Origin: Octopus sinensis
Taxonomy: Eukaryota
Reading direction: 5' to 3'
DNA: 64,000 nt
NCBI RefSeq assembly: GCF_006345805.1
Contig: NC_042998.1
Span: 143,840,001 to 143,904,000 of the forward strand
Both the position numbers and the translations under genes were made by a program. The notes under the pieces were generated by a model, which was not told where the DNA came from, ran no database searches, and saw nothing but the letters and a program-made list of their open reading frames with translations. Below, piece by piece: positions 28,824 through 41,944 of this stretch (its first letter is position 1; every line of letters begins with the position of its first letter).

Positions 28824-29619
28824 CTTGTATGACATTTACAACTTCCATATGATGTTGAGACAAGGAGAAAAACGTAAGCCAGGTGTCTTTTCCATCTCCA
28901 TCTACCAAATCCACCCTCAAGGCTTTGGTCAGCCTAGGGCTATAGTAGAAAATACTTGCTCAAGATTCCACACAGTGGAACTGAACACAGAGCCATATAT
29001 TTGGGAAGTAAAATTCTTACCCATACAACCACACCTAGAATTTAATCAACCTTTTAAAGAATGCTGAGAATTACTGTTCTAATTTGCTAGTTTCAGGTTT
29101 TGTACACTTAATTATGTATTGCATGAATGTAACTTTTAATATCTAAATTTATAATTTAATTTAATTAATGTTATATTACACAGTGGTCAAAGGATTTTAT
29201 TTGGAAAAAAACTTTTTAAATTTAACTCCAGTTCATTTCACATGTTTGACTAAGGGTTAATTAAATTATAATGTCTCTTAACCCTTTTATTGTTATATTT
29301 CTAATTAGTAAATTTCCTGTGTGTTTCAATTAATTTTCAATATCATAAAGATTTGAGTAAGGTTTAGTGAAATATCTGTTACTTAATATACTACCACTTT
29401 TATATGTAAGTATATATACACACATTAATATATGTTACGCTGATGTTGACAAACCAAAATCTTCTGATCAACATGCTTTAATTGAGATTTTAATCAAGAT
29501 CTTTAATTTAAATATGATTATTTTAGTGCAAGTGGGTTTGTATTAAAAGGGTTAGAGTCATCATTTAAACATTAATTAAGAATAGGAAATTAAATTTTGT
29601 GCATTTTATTACCAGACCA

Positions 29620-29999
29620 TCATCTGTTCCTATATATTATTGGTCACAATAGAGTGTCATTCTTCTCGATTGAGCCAGAATTCATCTTGGAGGTTTGTTG
29701 TGTTGTCCCTTCTGATCTCTTGGCTACCACTTGACAAAGCACACATTCTCTTTTTGCATTCCACAATCTCATCATTTGCTCTACTCCATTCTCAAACTAC
29801 CTCTTGGGTACATTCCCATAATAATATTCCTAGCATAGATCTTTCCCTGGCCCTCTGTGTCATAGCCAGTCTGTTTTTCCTTCTTCTTTGTGGAAGACCA
29901 CATTTCACTTACATATAAGAACACAGGCAGGACAATTTCATTGAAGAGATTAGCATGTGAATTTAGGCACTCATCTTCCATCTTGACATGACTTGACAT
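29620..29999 (-). pseudogene. RTE-clade LINE 3' ORF relic
   Basis: LFNEIVLPVFLYVSEMWSSTKK and ERSMLGI resemble the RTE post-RT region. Confidence 0.65.
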
Positions 30000-30230
30000 G
30001 TATTTACAACCTGCCTACACAGCCAGTAGGGTGGTGTCATATAATAGCTAAAAGAATGCAAAAAGATAAGCCTCACTCTCTTGAATAAATCAAAGTAACG
30101 GGTTTTATAGCTGTTTTAAGTCTACTTCAAATTAAGTTTGTTTTTTAAAAATTTATTTCGTTTTTGAAAATTTTAACATGAAATTATATTCCTCGTTTTT
30201 TTTCTTTTTCTTTTTTTTTTTTCTTCTTAG

Positions 30231-30786
30231 ATTGAAGCTGGAACCCAGTTTAGTGGAGAACAAACTTCCACATGTTATATCCAGCCCAAAGAGAGAAAGA
30301 AACACAAGTTTATCAGCTTCCCAAGATGGTGTTCAGAATTTATCAATGAAAATTGAAGCCAAAATGCGTCAGAGGGAACCTATGTTCTCTACACTGATGA
30401 AACCTAAGGAAGGAGAACGTGATGGAAGTAATGTGAAACGAGAAGATGATGCCTCACCAGTGAAGTCCGAAGACAGTGAGAAAGAAAACTTGGCTATGGA
30501 TATGCCAGTAGACTTGAGTACAAAACCTCCATCTTCTCCAGACATTATCACTTTGTCAGACGATTCTGATGATGAAAAGAAAGCACTAAATGGTGCAAAA
30601 GAACTTACTGCTGATGAAAAACGAATGCGTAAAAAACTAGTCAAAACCCTTCAGGCTGAATTGCGCAACGAGGAAGCCAAGCTTGTGCTCTTAAAAAAAC
30701 TACGCCAAAGCCAGTTGTCACACCAGTTGCAGGAACAGAGCAATGTGGTGGCCAACAATAAACAACTGTCAAACCGACAGCAACAG

Positions 30787-30820
<34 letters not shown>

Positions 30821-31866
30821 CACAGTCAGCACCTCCACCACTGGTGCGTGGTAACCACACCAACAATCAGCCCCTACAGTCTTCCAAGTCTAATTCTTCT
30901 ACACATCCATTCATGAGAGGCTCACAGCAAATGGCAGCTCAGATGAGGGTTCAGCAAATGCAACACCAACAGGGGCCGCCTCCACTTGTGATGCCACCAC
31001 GTATGCACAGCATGCAAAACATGCGCACCAACCACAATCAAATGTCTAATTCAAATAATAACTTAATGTCAGGCTTTCGTCCTATTCACACTCCACCAGT
31101 ACAAAGCCAACCTCCAGCACCGCCTGCACAACCAGTTGAAACCACGGCACAGAGACAAGCTGCAGCAAAACTGGCCTTGCGCAAGCAGTTGGAGAAGACC
31201 CTTCTGCAAATCCCTCCACCCAAGCCACCACCTCCTGAAATGAACTTCATACCTAGCCTTGCCAGCAATGAGTTTATAATGCTGCTTGGCCTTGAGGAGG
31301 TTGTCAACTACATTGTTGATTCTGATTTGATAGCAAGGGGAGAGAAGAATTTGGATCACAAGATGATTTGTAACCCGTTCAGTTGTGTACAATGTAACAC
31401 TGATTTTACTCCGGTCTGGAAACGAGAAAAACCTGGCTCAAAGAACGTCATTTGTGAACAGTGTGTGACGTCCAACCAGAAGAAAGCTTTGAAGCAGGAA
31501 CACACCAACCGTCTAAAGAGTGCATTTGTGAAGGCTCTGCAACAAGAGCAGGAGATCGAGCGAATGCAGTCGCAAGGCATAAACATGCCGACTACGGTGG
31601 CTAATAATCTAAATATGGGGACCACAGCACCCATGAATCTCACAAATTCTTACAATAAACCAACCACCGACCATTTCAGACATCACCAAACATTGATGCA
31701 TGCCCACCAGATGCAGCGACCAAATCAGCCTATTGGCTTGCAGCCATTTACTGCACGTGGACCATTCCATTATCAGTTACCTTTCACAAAACCTGACCTT
31801 CATCGGCAATATTTGCTTGACTTGATCCCACCTAGACCCAGAGGTACTATGCCATGGAAATCTTAA
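30231..31866 (+). CDS. GATAD2A: p66/GATAD2A/B (simjang) transcriptional repressor, NuRD subunit; large terminal coding exon
   Basis: Long polypyrimidine tract and ag end at 30230. Contains the CR1 coiled coil [24 protein letters not shown]2 [33 protein letters not shown], a GATA-like C-X2-C-X19-C-X2-C finger (31384-31464) and [29 protein letters not shown]. Spliced CDS is 293+201+1636=2130 nt, or 709 aa plus stop. Confidence 0.95.
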
Positions 31867-31881
31867 AAACATGAGTGTGTG

Positions 31882-31927
<46 letters not shown>

Positions 31928-32055
31928 GTAATAATACACTAATAAACAATATGATTGGCTAACAAAGCAGGCAAGCATTTTTTTTTTCTTTTTAAGTCTT
32001 ATCTCTCACCCTTTCTCTGTCACTCTTTATTTTTATATTCCTCCCTCTGCATGTT

Positions 32056-32110
<55 letters not shown>

Positions 32111-35100
32111 GGAACAAGCAAAATAAGATAAAATTAAAATAAATGGGGCATATTAACCAAAATTTAGACAATCAACAATCAATGAAAGAAATGCTAATAT
32201 TTGTTGTGCCAATTACATTGACCAAAAGAATAAGTTCGTTAAAAGTAAGATTAAAACTAAATTAGTTAGTAGAGTTGTCATTTCATAGATTTAAAGAAGA
32301 AAAAATTATGTACATACACAAACACACATACATATACAGATATATGCATATATTCACTTCTCTCTGTACACCTATGTGTACTAGGTATACACGGAATGAT
32401 GCTTGTGCCAACTGGGAACTTTAATAAAAAGAAAGAAAATCACTTTGTTGCTGAAAATTTGTATTTGCATGTGTGCTTGTGTTTGTATATGAGTGTGTGT
32501 GTGTTTGTATGTGTATGTGTTTTCTAGGAGCCTCTCTGTACCAGGAAACTTCCACATTCCTGTAGAATAAAGTCATAGAGTCTAGCTTCAGAATGATCAT
32601 TTTGGTTTTGGATTTCAAAAGCAAAATTCTTAATTCAGCAACGATCTCTCAAATGTTTTGCTTTTACATTAGAATTATTTCCCTAGTAACTGAGGAGACA
32701 TCCCCTGCCCCAAAACTCTCATCTCTTTCTTCTGTCACTCTTTGTCTTTGTTATTATATTTATGAAAATTTTGTATCTTCCTTTTGTACATTATTTCCCT
32801 CCTTCTTGCACTCCATCCCTGCCTGTCTCTATTCCTCCACCATTTTGCAACTCATCTTGGAACCATTCGCTCTAATAGTAACTAGCATAAGTTTTTGTGC
32901 AGAGGGTATATTAAAGCTGGTATATATGTGTATGTGTGTGCATGTGCACTTATCTTTTGAAAATATATATATATAATATGTATATATGTTTTAAACAACC
33001 AAACTGTATTAATTTTCTTGTTATACTTTAATCATATACATTGGATTTTGTACCCCTGTGTTCAAGTGTTATTTTGTTTCTTTTCACCCTGACAGGATCT
33101 TGTCTTTTACATTTCTATAAAACACTAGAAAATTAGACTTTAGTTTGTAAAGCAGCCACTGGCTAAGAGTTCCAATGTGAAAGTCTTGTAGCTTCTTGTG
33201 GTTGTTGAATTTGTTTCTCTACCCACAGCAGTTTACAATTTAAAATTTAGTTTGTTTTTTTTTTTTTGCTTGGGTTTTTTCCCCCCACTATGTTAGTGTA
33301 GGTTGAATAGTTTCTACAAATTTATACATTTGCATGTTGTTAAAGCAAGTGGGTTTATATATATATTAGAAACTGGATGCCTCTCTTACTGTCCAATTAC
33401 TCAGCTGTGAAATGGCACATTTTCCTTTTTTCAGCCAAGCAACCCAAGCCAAACCAAACTAATGTGGTCCAGTAATGATCCAGAACCCACTTCTGTTTTC
33501 TTTTTCAAATATTTTAAGAAAATATAACAAATATATTATTGGGCTTTGGAGTTGCTTTTTCTCTTTCTTGCTGTCAAGAAGTTGGCTGTTGTACTTTTCT
33601 AGTGTAACACTACTGAGCATTGTTAATTTATAATTCCAACAAACCACACCTGTTTAGACTTTTGTGGATAAGTTTGGAGTATTGTTTAAGTCAGTTGCTA
33701 GATGGAAGGAAATTTAGAAATAACACTTGGCAGAGCTGCATCATGTTAATCCATTAGAACTTTTTACTATTAAACTACATTATCTTTTTTTTTTTTTTAA
33801 GATTGCTTCAGGAACAAACTCAGCAGGTTTTTTTAAAGTCTTGTGTGAAATGACATAGCTCCTGTTAGTTTTTTTTTTTTAATTCTTCAAGCTTAAGCAA
33901 AGGTTCCAAGATTAAAACAACAAATAAAATTTGATAAACATCTACAGACATATCATCACATTATAAGGTCTCATATCTGAAGTGATATCGTTTTCTATCA
34001 TCGATATTTTGGGATTTGAGGGAGTACAAAAACAAAAATACATGTTGAACTGTATTTTTGAGTTATTATATTAATAATAGGTTATTGTTTATTTCTTATA
34101 TTTTCTTTTACTTCATATACTGCCAAGACTTGTGGTTCCATTATATACTGCAAGCATTTGCACTGCACAAACCATGCCATTTTTATAATGTGTCCTGTTT
34201 CAGTTAATTCTTCAGGAATAGCTTCTCTTTCTACAAAAAAAGAAAATAAATAAATGTAAATATAGTTTTAGTTCTGTCATTTCTGCAACAGATGAAAGAC
34301 ACCTCTTTCCATGTGGTACACAGTGTGGTGGTAATTAAAATTGTTTTATCCCCACCTTTTTTTATGTCTGCTTAGAAATAAACACTGAAAGTATTTCCTC
34401 ATACATAACCGCTTGAGCTCCTAAAACGAAGGAAAGGGGGGACCCACACAACAAAAGAAAATGTTCTAAGTTCTCTTCTCCTCTCCACTTACCTGAGGCA
34501 CAAATAGAAAGCAAAACTTATGCATGATATACACACACTCACTCACACACACACATGTATACACCTGAGCCAATAAAGGATTTTTATGTATGCTTGTGTG
34601 TGTGTGTATATGTGTATGTACATATGTATATTATATATATATATACATACATACATACATACATTTATATATATATATATACACATAAATACATACATAC
34701 ATACACACACTATATATATATATGACCCATTGAAGGATATTTATATGTGTGTGTGTAGATACATACTTGAACAAATGAAGGTTTTATTTATACATGAATA
34801 TGTATATGTACTTGGGCAAATGAAGGATTTATAATCACAAATTTTGTGTGTATATATATATACATACATACATACATACATACATACATACATACATGAC
34901 ATGCAGACATGTGTTTGTGTATATATATATGTGTGTGTGTGTGTGTCTATGTGTATAGTCCTTGTTTTTGTTTTTTTGACATGGTAAGCAGAAATTACTT
35001 TCTTAATGTCATGCTCACAGACACTTTTTACCTGATTCCTAGTTTAAAATATTTCCATGAAGCACAGGTCTTTGTTTTAACTGACTGTGGATATTCTTGG

Positions 35101-36290
35101 GTGGTGACACTGAACTTTTCACTCCTCCATGTCTTAATTCTTTGAAATGTGTAATTCTGTTATCAGATTCTCATAACATAGCCTGTAGATTGTCGAACTG
35201 AAGAAGAAAAAGAAGAAATGAAAATTGTGAAGTATTTTCCCCCCCTCATTCTTTATTTCATGTAGTATTTTTTTTCTTTGACAACTATGGGTGGAAGAGA
35301 AAGAAAAAAAAAGTTGCTTTTTTTTTCTTTTCGGTTCCAAAAAGAAAATCCCAGAAAACAGAATTTCTCTCTGCAACAGTAATCATCATCATCATCATCA
35401 TCGTCTTGTTAGATATGAAAGAAAAACTTTATGAAGAAATTGGGAGACGAAAAGAAAATTGATTGAATAATTTTAAAAATGTTAAAATAAAAAATGGAAA
35501 AGTAAACCAAAATTGCTGTCGCTTTTTTTTTCTTCATTTTACAACGAATGTCTTTGTGCACACATATCTGGTAAATTGTGAGGTTTTGTTCTTTTCATTT
35601 ATAATCCAAAATTGTTATATATTTTAAATCTGATTTCTTCTGTTCCTCTCTTTTTAGCTAATTAAAATTTTGCTTCTTTTTCTTTCCCTAAGACCAGCTA
35701 TTCTGCCCTTTTTTTTAAAGTAGTTACATATTCTTAACCAGTAAGGATTGTCATCATCATGAGTTCAGTATATAATATTTTTGTGTGAGCATATCCTCAA
35801 ATTCACATATTGCTGTCTGTCTGAGGAGTAATATTGCCTACTAGCATGAAACCAGTGGTAACATTCTGACTAAGTTATATGCCATAACCAGTAACATACT
35901 GCTCAACAATGTAAAAATTGAACGCTCACAGTACTTGGAGTTTCCAGCTAGCAACAAATATGAAGATACCAAATTTCCAGTCAGTAATTAGCAGATAACT
36001 TCATACCCTTGGCTTGCTAGGAAACTCTGAGTATTATATGTGAGCATTTTATGTTTATATATTATATTTCTCTATTTCAAAAATATTGAGGTCTACTTCA
36101 TTTGTTACGTAGTTTTATATATATGTATATATATTTCCTCCATTTAATGTGTTATGTGGATATGGACATCACATACTAATGTGCACGAGGACATTTTGCA
36201 AGGTAGGTATTTTAGCAGCAGCCAGTGACTGCCAATATGTGATGTTGTACCAATGTTAATTTTTTCAATAAATACTACTTCTGCCATTGT
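31867..36290 (+). other. Probable long 3' UTR of the p66 gene, candidate poly(A) signal AATAAA at 36267-36272
   Basis: About 4.4 kb after the stop codon with no recognisable transposon insertions, ending near AATAAA. SINE copies resume at about 36420. Confidence 0.45.
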
Positions 36291-39035
36291 TTCTTCACAG
36301 ATTTGGAACATTTGCATCAACTGCTGTTGGTAGAAGTCAAATTTGTATTACTGTTTCATATTTCATTTTCTATCATGTTGATAATTGTTAACTATTTTTT
36401 GTTCAAAGTAGCCTGCCCTTGGGTGAGATGGTAGATAGATGAGTTGGCAGAGTCATTAGAGCAACAGGCTGAATGATTTGTTGTATTTGTTCTGACTCTA
36501 TACCCTGAGTTCAAATCCTGCTATGGTCAGCTATCTTTTGTCTTGTCAGGGTCAGTAAAAAGAAAAACACCAACAGATGCCGTCGTATGCTTAAGAACCC
36601 GAGGCCTTGTGCTTCTTAGCTATTACGCCATGCTTGCATCTATTGTTAATACCTTATAATACAATGTGAATTAGTATTAATGTTTTTAGGCACTGTGTGT
36701 TCAGAACCCACACAAATACACTGGCCAACCAGTGGTATCATGTTATGAACACATCACTTAAAGAGGTGGGTATTCTCCGGTGATAGAAAAACAACAGCAA
36801 TCACATATTCTCTCTCTTTTTCTCTAAAACTTGGAAGATATATTTTAGTTGTGACCAAGTATTGTGTGAGTGCTATGTTGACTAGTTGGTAAGGTGACTT
36901 CTGCAACTATCCTAAGCTTTAAAAGATTTTGTCTTGTCACCAGCATTACATTGTCTCCAGGCACAGCCAAATCAAATAAGTACTATGGGGAAACTGTTCA
37001 TAATTTTTTTACAGTATCACTGAGACTGGTGGGAAGGAGAGATTGAGGTACTCCCAAAAGAGAAACCCTGGTCCATATGCAACAGAATGGACTCTACTTA
37101 TGGTACCTGAGGTGGGAGATAGTAGTGTTAAACTATGCAATGGTTACTTTTGAAGCTAGCCTTAATCCGTGTTGAAGTGATCTACATTAGGACTTCATCA
37201 AAATTTCATTAATCTATGTTCCAAAGAACAGCTTAATCTTTTATTGCTTGCTTGTTTTAAGTCTAATACGTATTTTCTTTTGCCAAACTGCTAAGTTACG
37301 GGGGTGTAAACACTAACAACAGTTGGTCAAGCAGTGGCGAGGGACAAAGACATATACATATGTACAACAGGCTTCTTCAAGTTTCCATCTACCAAATCCA
37401 CTAACAAGGCTTTTGGTCAGCCCAAGGCTATAGTAGAAGACACTTGGCAAGGTGTCACATAGTGGGACTGAACCCGAAACCATGTGGTTGGGGAAGCATG
37501 CTTACCACACAGCCACATCTGTTGCCTTATGGCAGAGTTATTTTATTAAATTTTTCATTTTCAAAATTGTATTACAACAGAAATATGGTAACAAAAGGGT
37601 AGGTCATGGCAGAACTTGAACTCAAAATATAAAGAGCCAAGACAAATACCAGAAGATTGGTGGGAGGGAGAAAGGCATCTTCAAACCAGAGCTAGGTCAA
37701 ACGTTTCCATGAGTGGAGTCTGCTAAAGGTATTCCCAAATGTCAGTTGATGGTATTAAGTGCCTATGCTGGTGCCATGAAGGGCTTAGTCGAATAAATCC
37801 ATCCCAACATCACGTTTTTTCTCTTTTTAAACCCGGTACTTATTCTATCGTTTTACCAGACCGCTTTGTTACAGGGATGTAAACAGACCCACACTGGTTG
37901 GTTGTTAAGCGATCTGGGTGACAAACACCATATTCATATATATATTTTCTACTTGTTTCAGTCATTTGACTGTGGCTATGCTGGAACACTGCCTTAGAGG
38001 GTTTTAATCGCCACCTAAGATTTACCTTTTAAGCCTAGTACTTATTTTATCGATTCTTTTGCCGAACCGCAAAGTTACGGGGACATAGACACACCAGCAT
38101 CGGTTGTCAAGCGATGGTGGGGACAAACACACACCTAAATATGTATGTATATATACACAACGGCATTCTTTTGGTTTCTGTCTACCAAATCCACTCACAA
38201 GGCTTTGGTCGGCCCAAAACTATAGTAGAAGACGCGCTTGCCCAAGGTGTCACACAGTGCCTTTCTCCCTCCCACCAGAACCATGCGATTGAGAAGCAAG
38301 CTTCTTATCACACAGCCACGCCTTCGCCTATATATATATATATATATATATATATGACAAGCTTCCGTATATCAAAGGTACAGTGCTGTGGGACTGAACG
38401 TGAAACCACGTGATTGCAAAGCAGCATCTTAACCACACCTGTGCCGATTCAGAAATAAACATTTTTCGTAAAATAATACATTTTTTTTTTTTTTTTTTTT
38501 TTAGCAAAATTGTCATTTCCGATGTTTAAAATATAGAAATACAAAGGATTTTTATAAAAAGTAATAAACTGAAGAGATTGTAGTATCTTTTCCAAAACTC
38601 CTCCGGATGGATTTTGTTCGTATAAAGGACCTAAAATCTCATTGGTCAAATTTCTCAGGTACTTTGAGTCGAAGGAAACAGCTGGTAAGAAGTTCCACTC
38701 ACAAGCATTGAATGGTACCTTCTTAATAACAACCCAAAGACCTGAAGATTATGGAACTGATGTCTCATTGCCTACGAATGTCAGACATTGATTAAGATTA
38801 ATATACAGTTATACTTTTTGGATTATTTCTAACATTTAGCGAGATAAATTTACTTTCTTCTGTATAAGTGAGACAAACGAAACAGGTCTAAGGGAGGCAA
38901 TTCTTTACTTTATATTATTATTATTATTATTATTATTATTTTCAAATTCCGCTGAGATCGTCTTCGCATTTCATCCTTTTGGGAGTCGATACATTAAGTA
39001 CCAATGAAACACTGGGGTCGATGAAATCGACTGTT

Positions 39036-39525
39036 ATTCAGTAGTCTTATTTTTATCACGTGCTTTCACTGCATTACCGAGCACAGCTCTATATGCCTTG
39101 GGTATGTGCTGTAGTTTGTTGTGGTGTTATTTTCACTGCATTGAAAGTTCTTTACGTAAGATGTGCGCGATGCCTAGTAGTGCTATTTTCTGGTGTTTTG
39201 GTTATGTATTTGTCTAAATGTTTTTTTGTTTTGTTTCTTTTATCATACCTAATGCACCTACTATTATAGGAATTGTTTTTAGGCTCCTCATTCGAGTTAC
39301 TTCTATTTCCAGATCCTTGTATTTTAATAGTTTCTCCGTTTCTTTTAGAGATGCAATGTCATCTGTTGGTCTTGATTTATCGATTAGAAGGCATTTTTTT
39401 CTTGATGATCTCTGACAACTATATCCGGTCTATTAGCCTTGATTTTTCTATCTGTGTATATTGGTATATTCCAGAGTATGGTTGCTTTGTCGTTTTCTGA
39501 AACCTTTTCTGGAGTCTGCCTGTAT
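39036..39525 (-). mobile_element. R4/Dong-like non-LTR retrotransposon 3' end (restriction-like endonuclease)
   Basis: Minus-strand translation ILWNIPIYTDRKIKANRPDIVVRDHQEKKCLLID..KYKDLEIEVTRM..IPIIVGALGMIKK..KIALLGIAHILRK. Confidence 0.85.
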
Positions 39526-39544
39526 CATCTCTTTTCTCTTTATT

Positions 39545-40340
39545 ATTATTAAAATCGTTAGCACGCTGGACGAAATGCATAGCGGTACCTCGCCCGTTGC
39601 TACGTTCTGTGTTCAAATTCGGGATCGACTGTGCCTTTCATCATTCCGGGGTCGATAAATTAAGAACCAGTTGCGTACTGGGGTTGATCTAATCGACTGG
39701 CTCCCTCACCCAAAATTTCGGGCCTTGTGCTTAAAGTAGAAAAGATTATTATTATTATTAGAATTGTTAGCACTCTGGACAAAATGCTTAGCAGTATTTC
39801 GCCTATCGCTACGTTCTGAGTTCAAATTCCGCCGAGGTCGACTTTGCTTTTCATCCTTTCGGGCTCGATAGACTAAGTACCAGTGAAACAGTGGGATCGA
39901 TGTAATCAACTAGTCTACAAATTTGAGGCCTTGTGACTCCAGTAGAAAAGATTATTATTATTATTATTATTAAGGAGACGAGCAGGTAGAATCGTTAGCA
40001 CGCCGGGCAAAATGCGTTCTGAGTTCAAATTCTGCCGCGGTCCACTTTCCTTTCATCCTTTCTGGGTCGATAAAATAAGTACCAGTAGAGCACTGGGTTC
40101 GACGTAATCGACTTACAACCTCCCCCGAATTTGCCTAAAATCTAAAACCATTACTATTATTATTAAGGCGGTGAGCTGGCGAAATCATCGGCACGCCGGA
40201 TAAAATGCTTAGCAACATTTCTTCCGATTTTACATTCTTGGTCTCAACTTTGTCATCCATCATTTTGGGATCGATGAAATAAGTACCACTTGAGCAATGG
40301 GGCCGATGCAATCGACTAGTCCCCTGTCCCTTGAGGCTGT
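39545..40340 (+). mobile_element. Head-to-tail array of four short SINEs separated by (ATT)n tails
   Basis: Repeated aatcgttagcacg..aaatgcttagc..gttcaaattc..tttcatcctttc.gggtcgata..agtaccag units starting near 39552, 39762, 39975 and 40165. Confidence 0.85.
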
Positions 40341-40344
40341 AATA

Positions 40345-40564
40345 CAGTGGTTCCCAACCGGACCCCATACAAGATTTTGTTAAAATTTATGTGCAATAAA
40401 GTGCTTATACTCCTCCAATACACACAATACTTCAACATTTTTCGATATATTTCCTAATAATATTTAATTATAAATATGTAATAGGATTTTTTAAACATCG
40501 AATGGCTATAGGGGTTCATCTGAGTAAATATGAATCATAGGGATCCGTTGGTGAAGAACCACTG
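40345..40564. mobile_element. hAT-like MITE
   Basis: TIRs cagtggttcccaacc and ggtgaagaaccactg; no clean 8 bp target-site duplication. Confidence 0.6.
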
Positions 40565-41688
40565 CGATAGTTGAAAGAATTATTAAGACGACTGTATTAC
40601 ATGTCCCCAAGATATGTTTTATCTCAATGTAATAAACCCCTTTTATAAAAAGGGTCAAGACACCCTTCGGTCATGAATGACCGTGGGATTGCACCTGGAA
40701 AGTTATCCTCCGAGGCACAAGGTTGTTTATGGAAGACCAGCAGTCTCCCATGCATACCAGCCTCCCTTCTCGACGCCACCGATGTTATCTAAGGGCCGAT
40801 ACAGCTTGGCACCAGTAATGTCGCAACTCATTCCTACAGCTGAGTGAACTGGAACAACGTAAACTAAAGTTGCTCAATAACACAACATACAGCCCTGTCC
40901 GGGAATCGAACTCACTACCTCACGATTGTGTGTCCGACGTTCTAACCTGAGAAATGTGCTTTCACATTTTCTTTTTTTTATAGAGAGGAATAAAATTACT
41001 GTTTAAGTGCAGGCATGGCAGTGTCGTTTGCGTGGTTTCGAGTTCAGTATTCTACTATAGACTGCAGCCGCCCAATGCCTTGTAGGTGAATTTTGTAGAT
41101 GGAAATTGTATAGAAGCCCGTCGTGTATATATGTGTATGTGTGTGTCTTTGTATTTGTGTTTATCCCCCTCTAGGTCGCTTGACAGCCGATGTTTTTTGT
41201 TGTTGTTTTTTTCGCCCCGACTAAAGAGTTGGATAGAGTGAGTATGAGACTTAAAAATTAGTACGGGGATAGAGGTCAATTTGTTTGATTAAACCCTTCA
41301 ATACTGACTAAAGCTAAAAAAAAAAGAAAACAAAACAAAACAAAAATACGGAGCCGCGGATCAGCTGCAATTGTGCAGAACTCTAAAGAAAGCCTTCAAG
41401 CTAAAACCATCTGTCATTTTGCATATCTGCGACTATATTCTCTAATGTGTCCTTCTTACGGAAGGCGTATGTCTTTAAACGTCTGATAGGATGGACTTCT
41501 TCTGCATCCCCACGAAGCTTTAATGTGGAGATGAATCAAACTGTTATTAAATATATATGCAACTCCAACCAAATGTGCTGAGTGATACTTGAATGTGTGT
41601 GTGTATACACATACGTGGAAATGGATACCTGGCATTCAATTAAATAACATTATATATATATTATATATATATATATATAATATATATA

Positions 41689-41743
<55 letters not shown>

Positions 41744-41944
41744 GATAGATAGATATGCATATAGGGGTACAGGACGTCATCAACTGTGTAAACAATCTGA
41801 AATACGTAAACGAATTAAATACGTAAACCATGAGAGAAAAGTACGAAAACAGGACAAACGCAGAGAAACGACCCTTTATTAGTTGTCAGCTGTCTATCTA
41901 CTCCTTATTTCGGGCATTCAACAATACGAGTCTTCAAAGACAGT

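Noticed and set aside
30369-31643. Minus-strand ORFs, including a poly-Cys one
   Set aside because: Antisense shadows of the p66 exon and its CAG/CAA tract.
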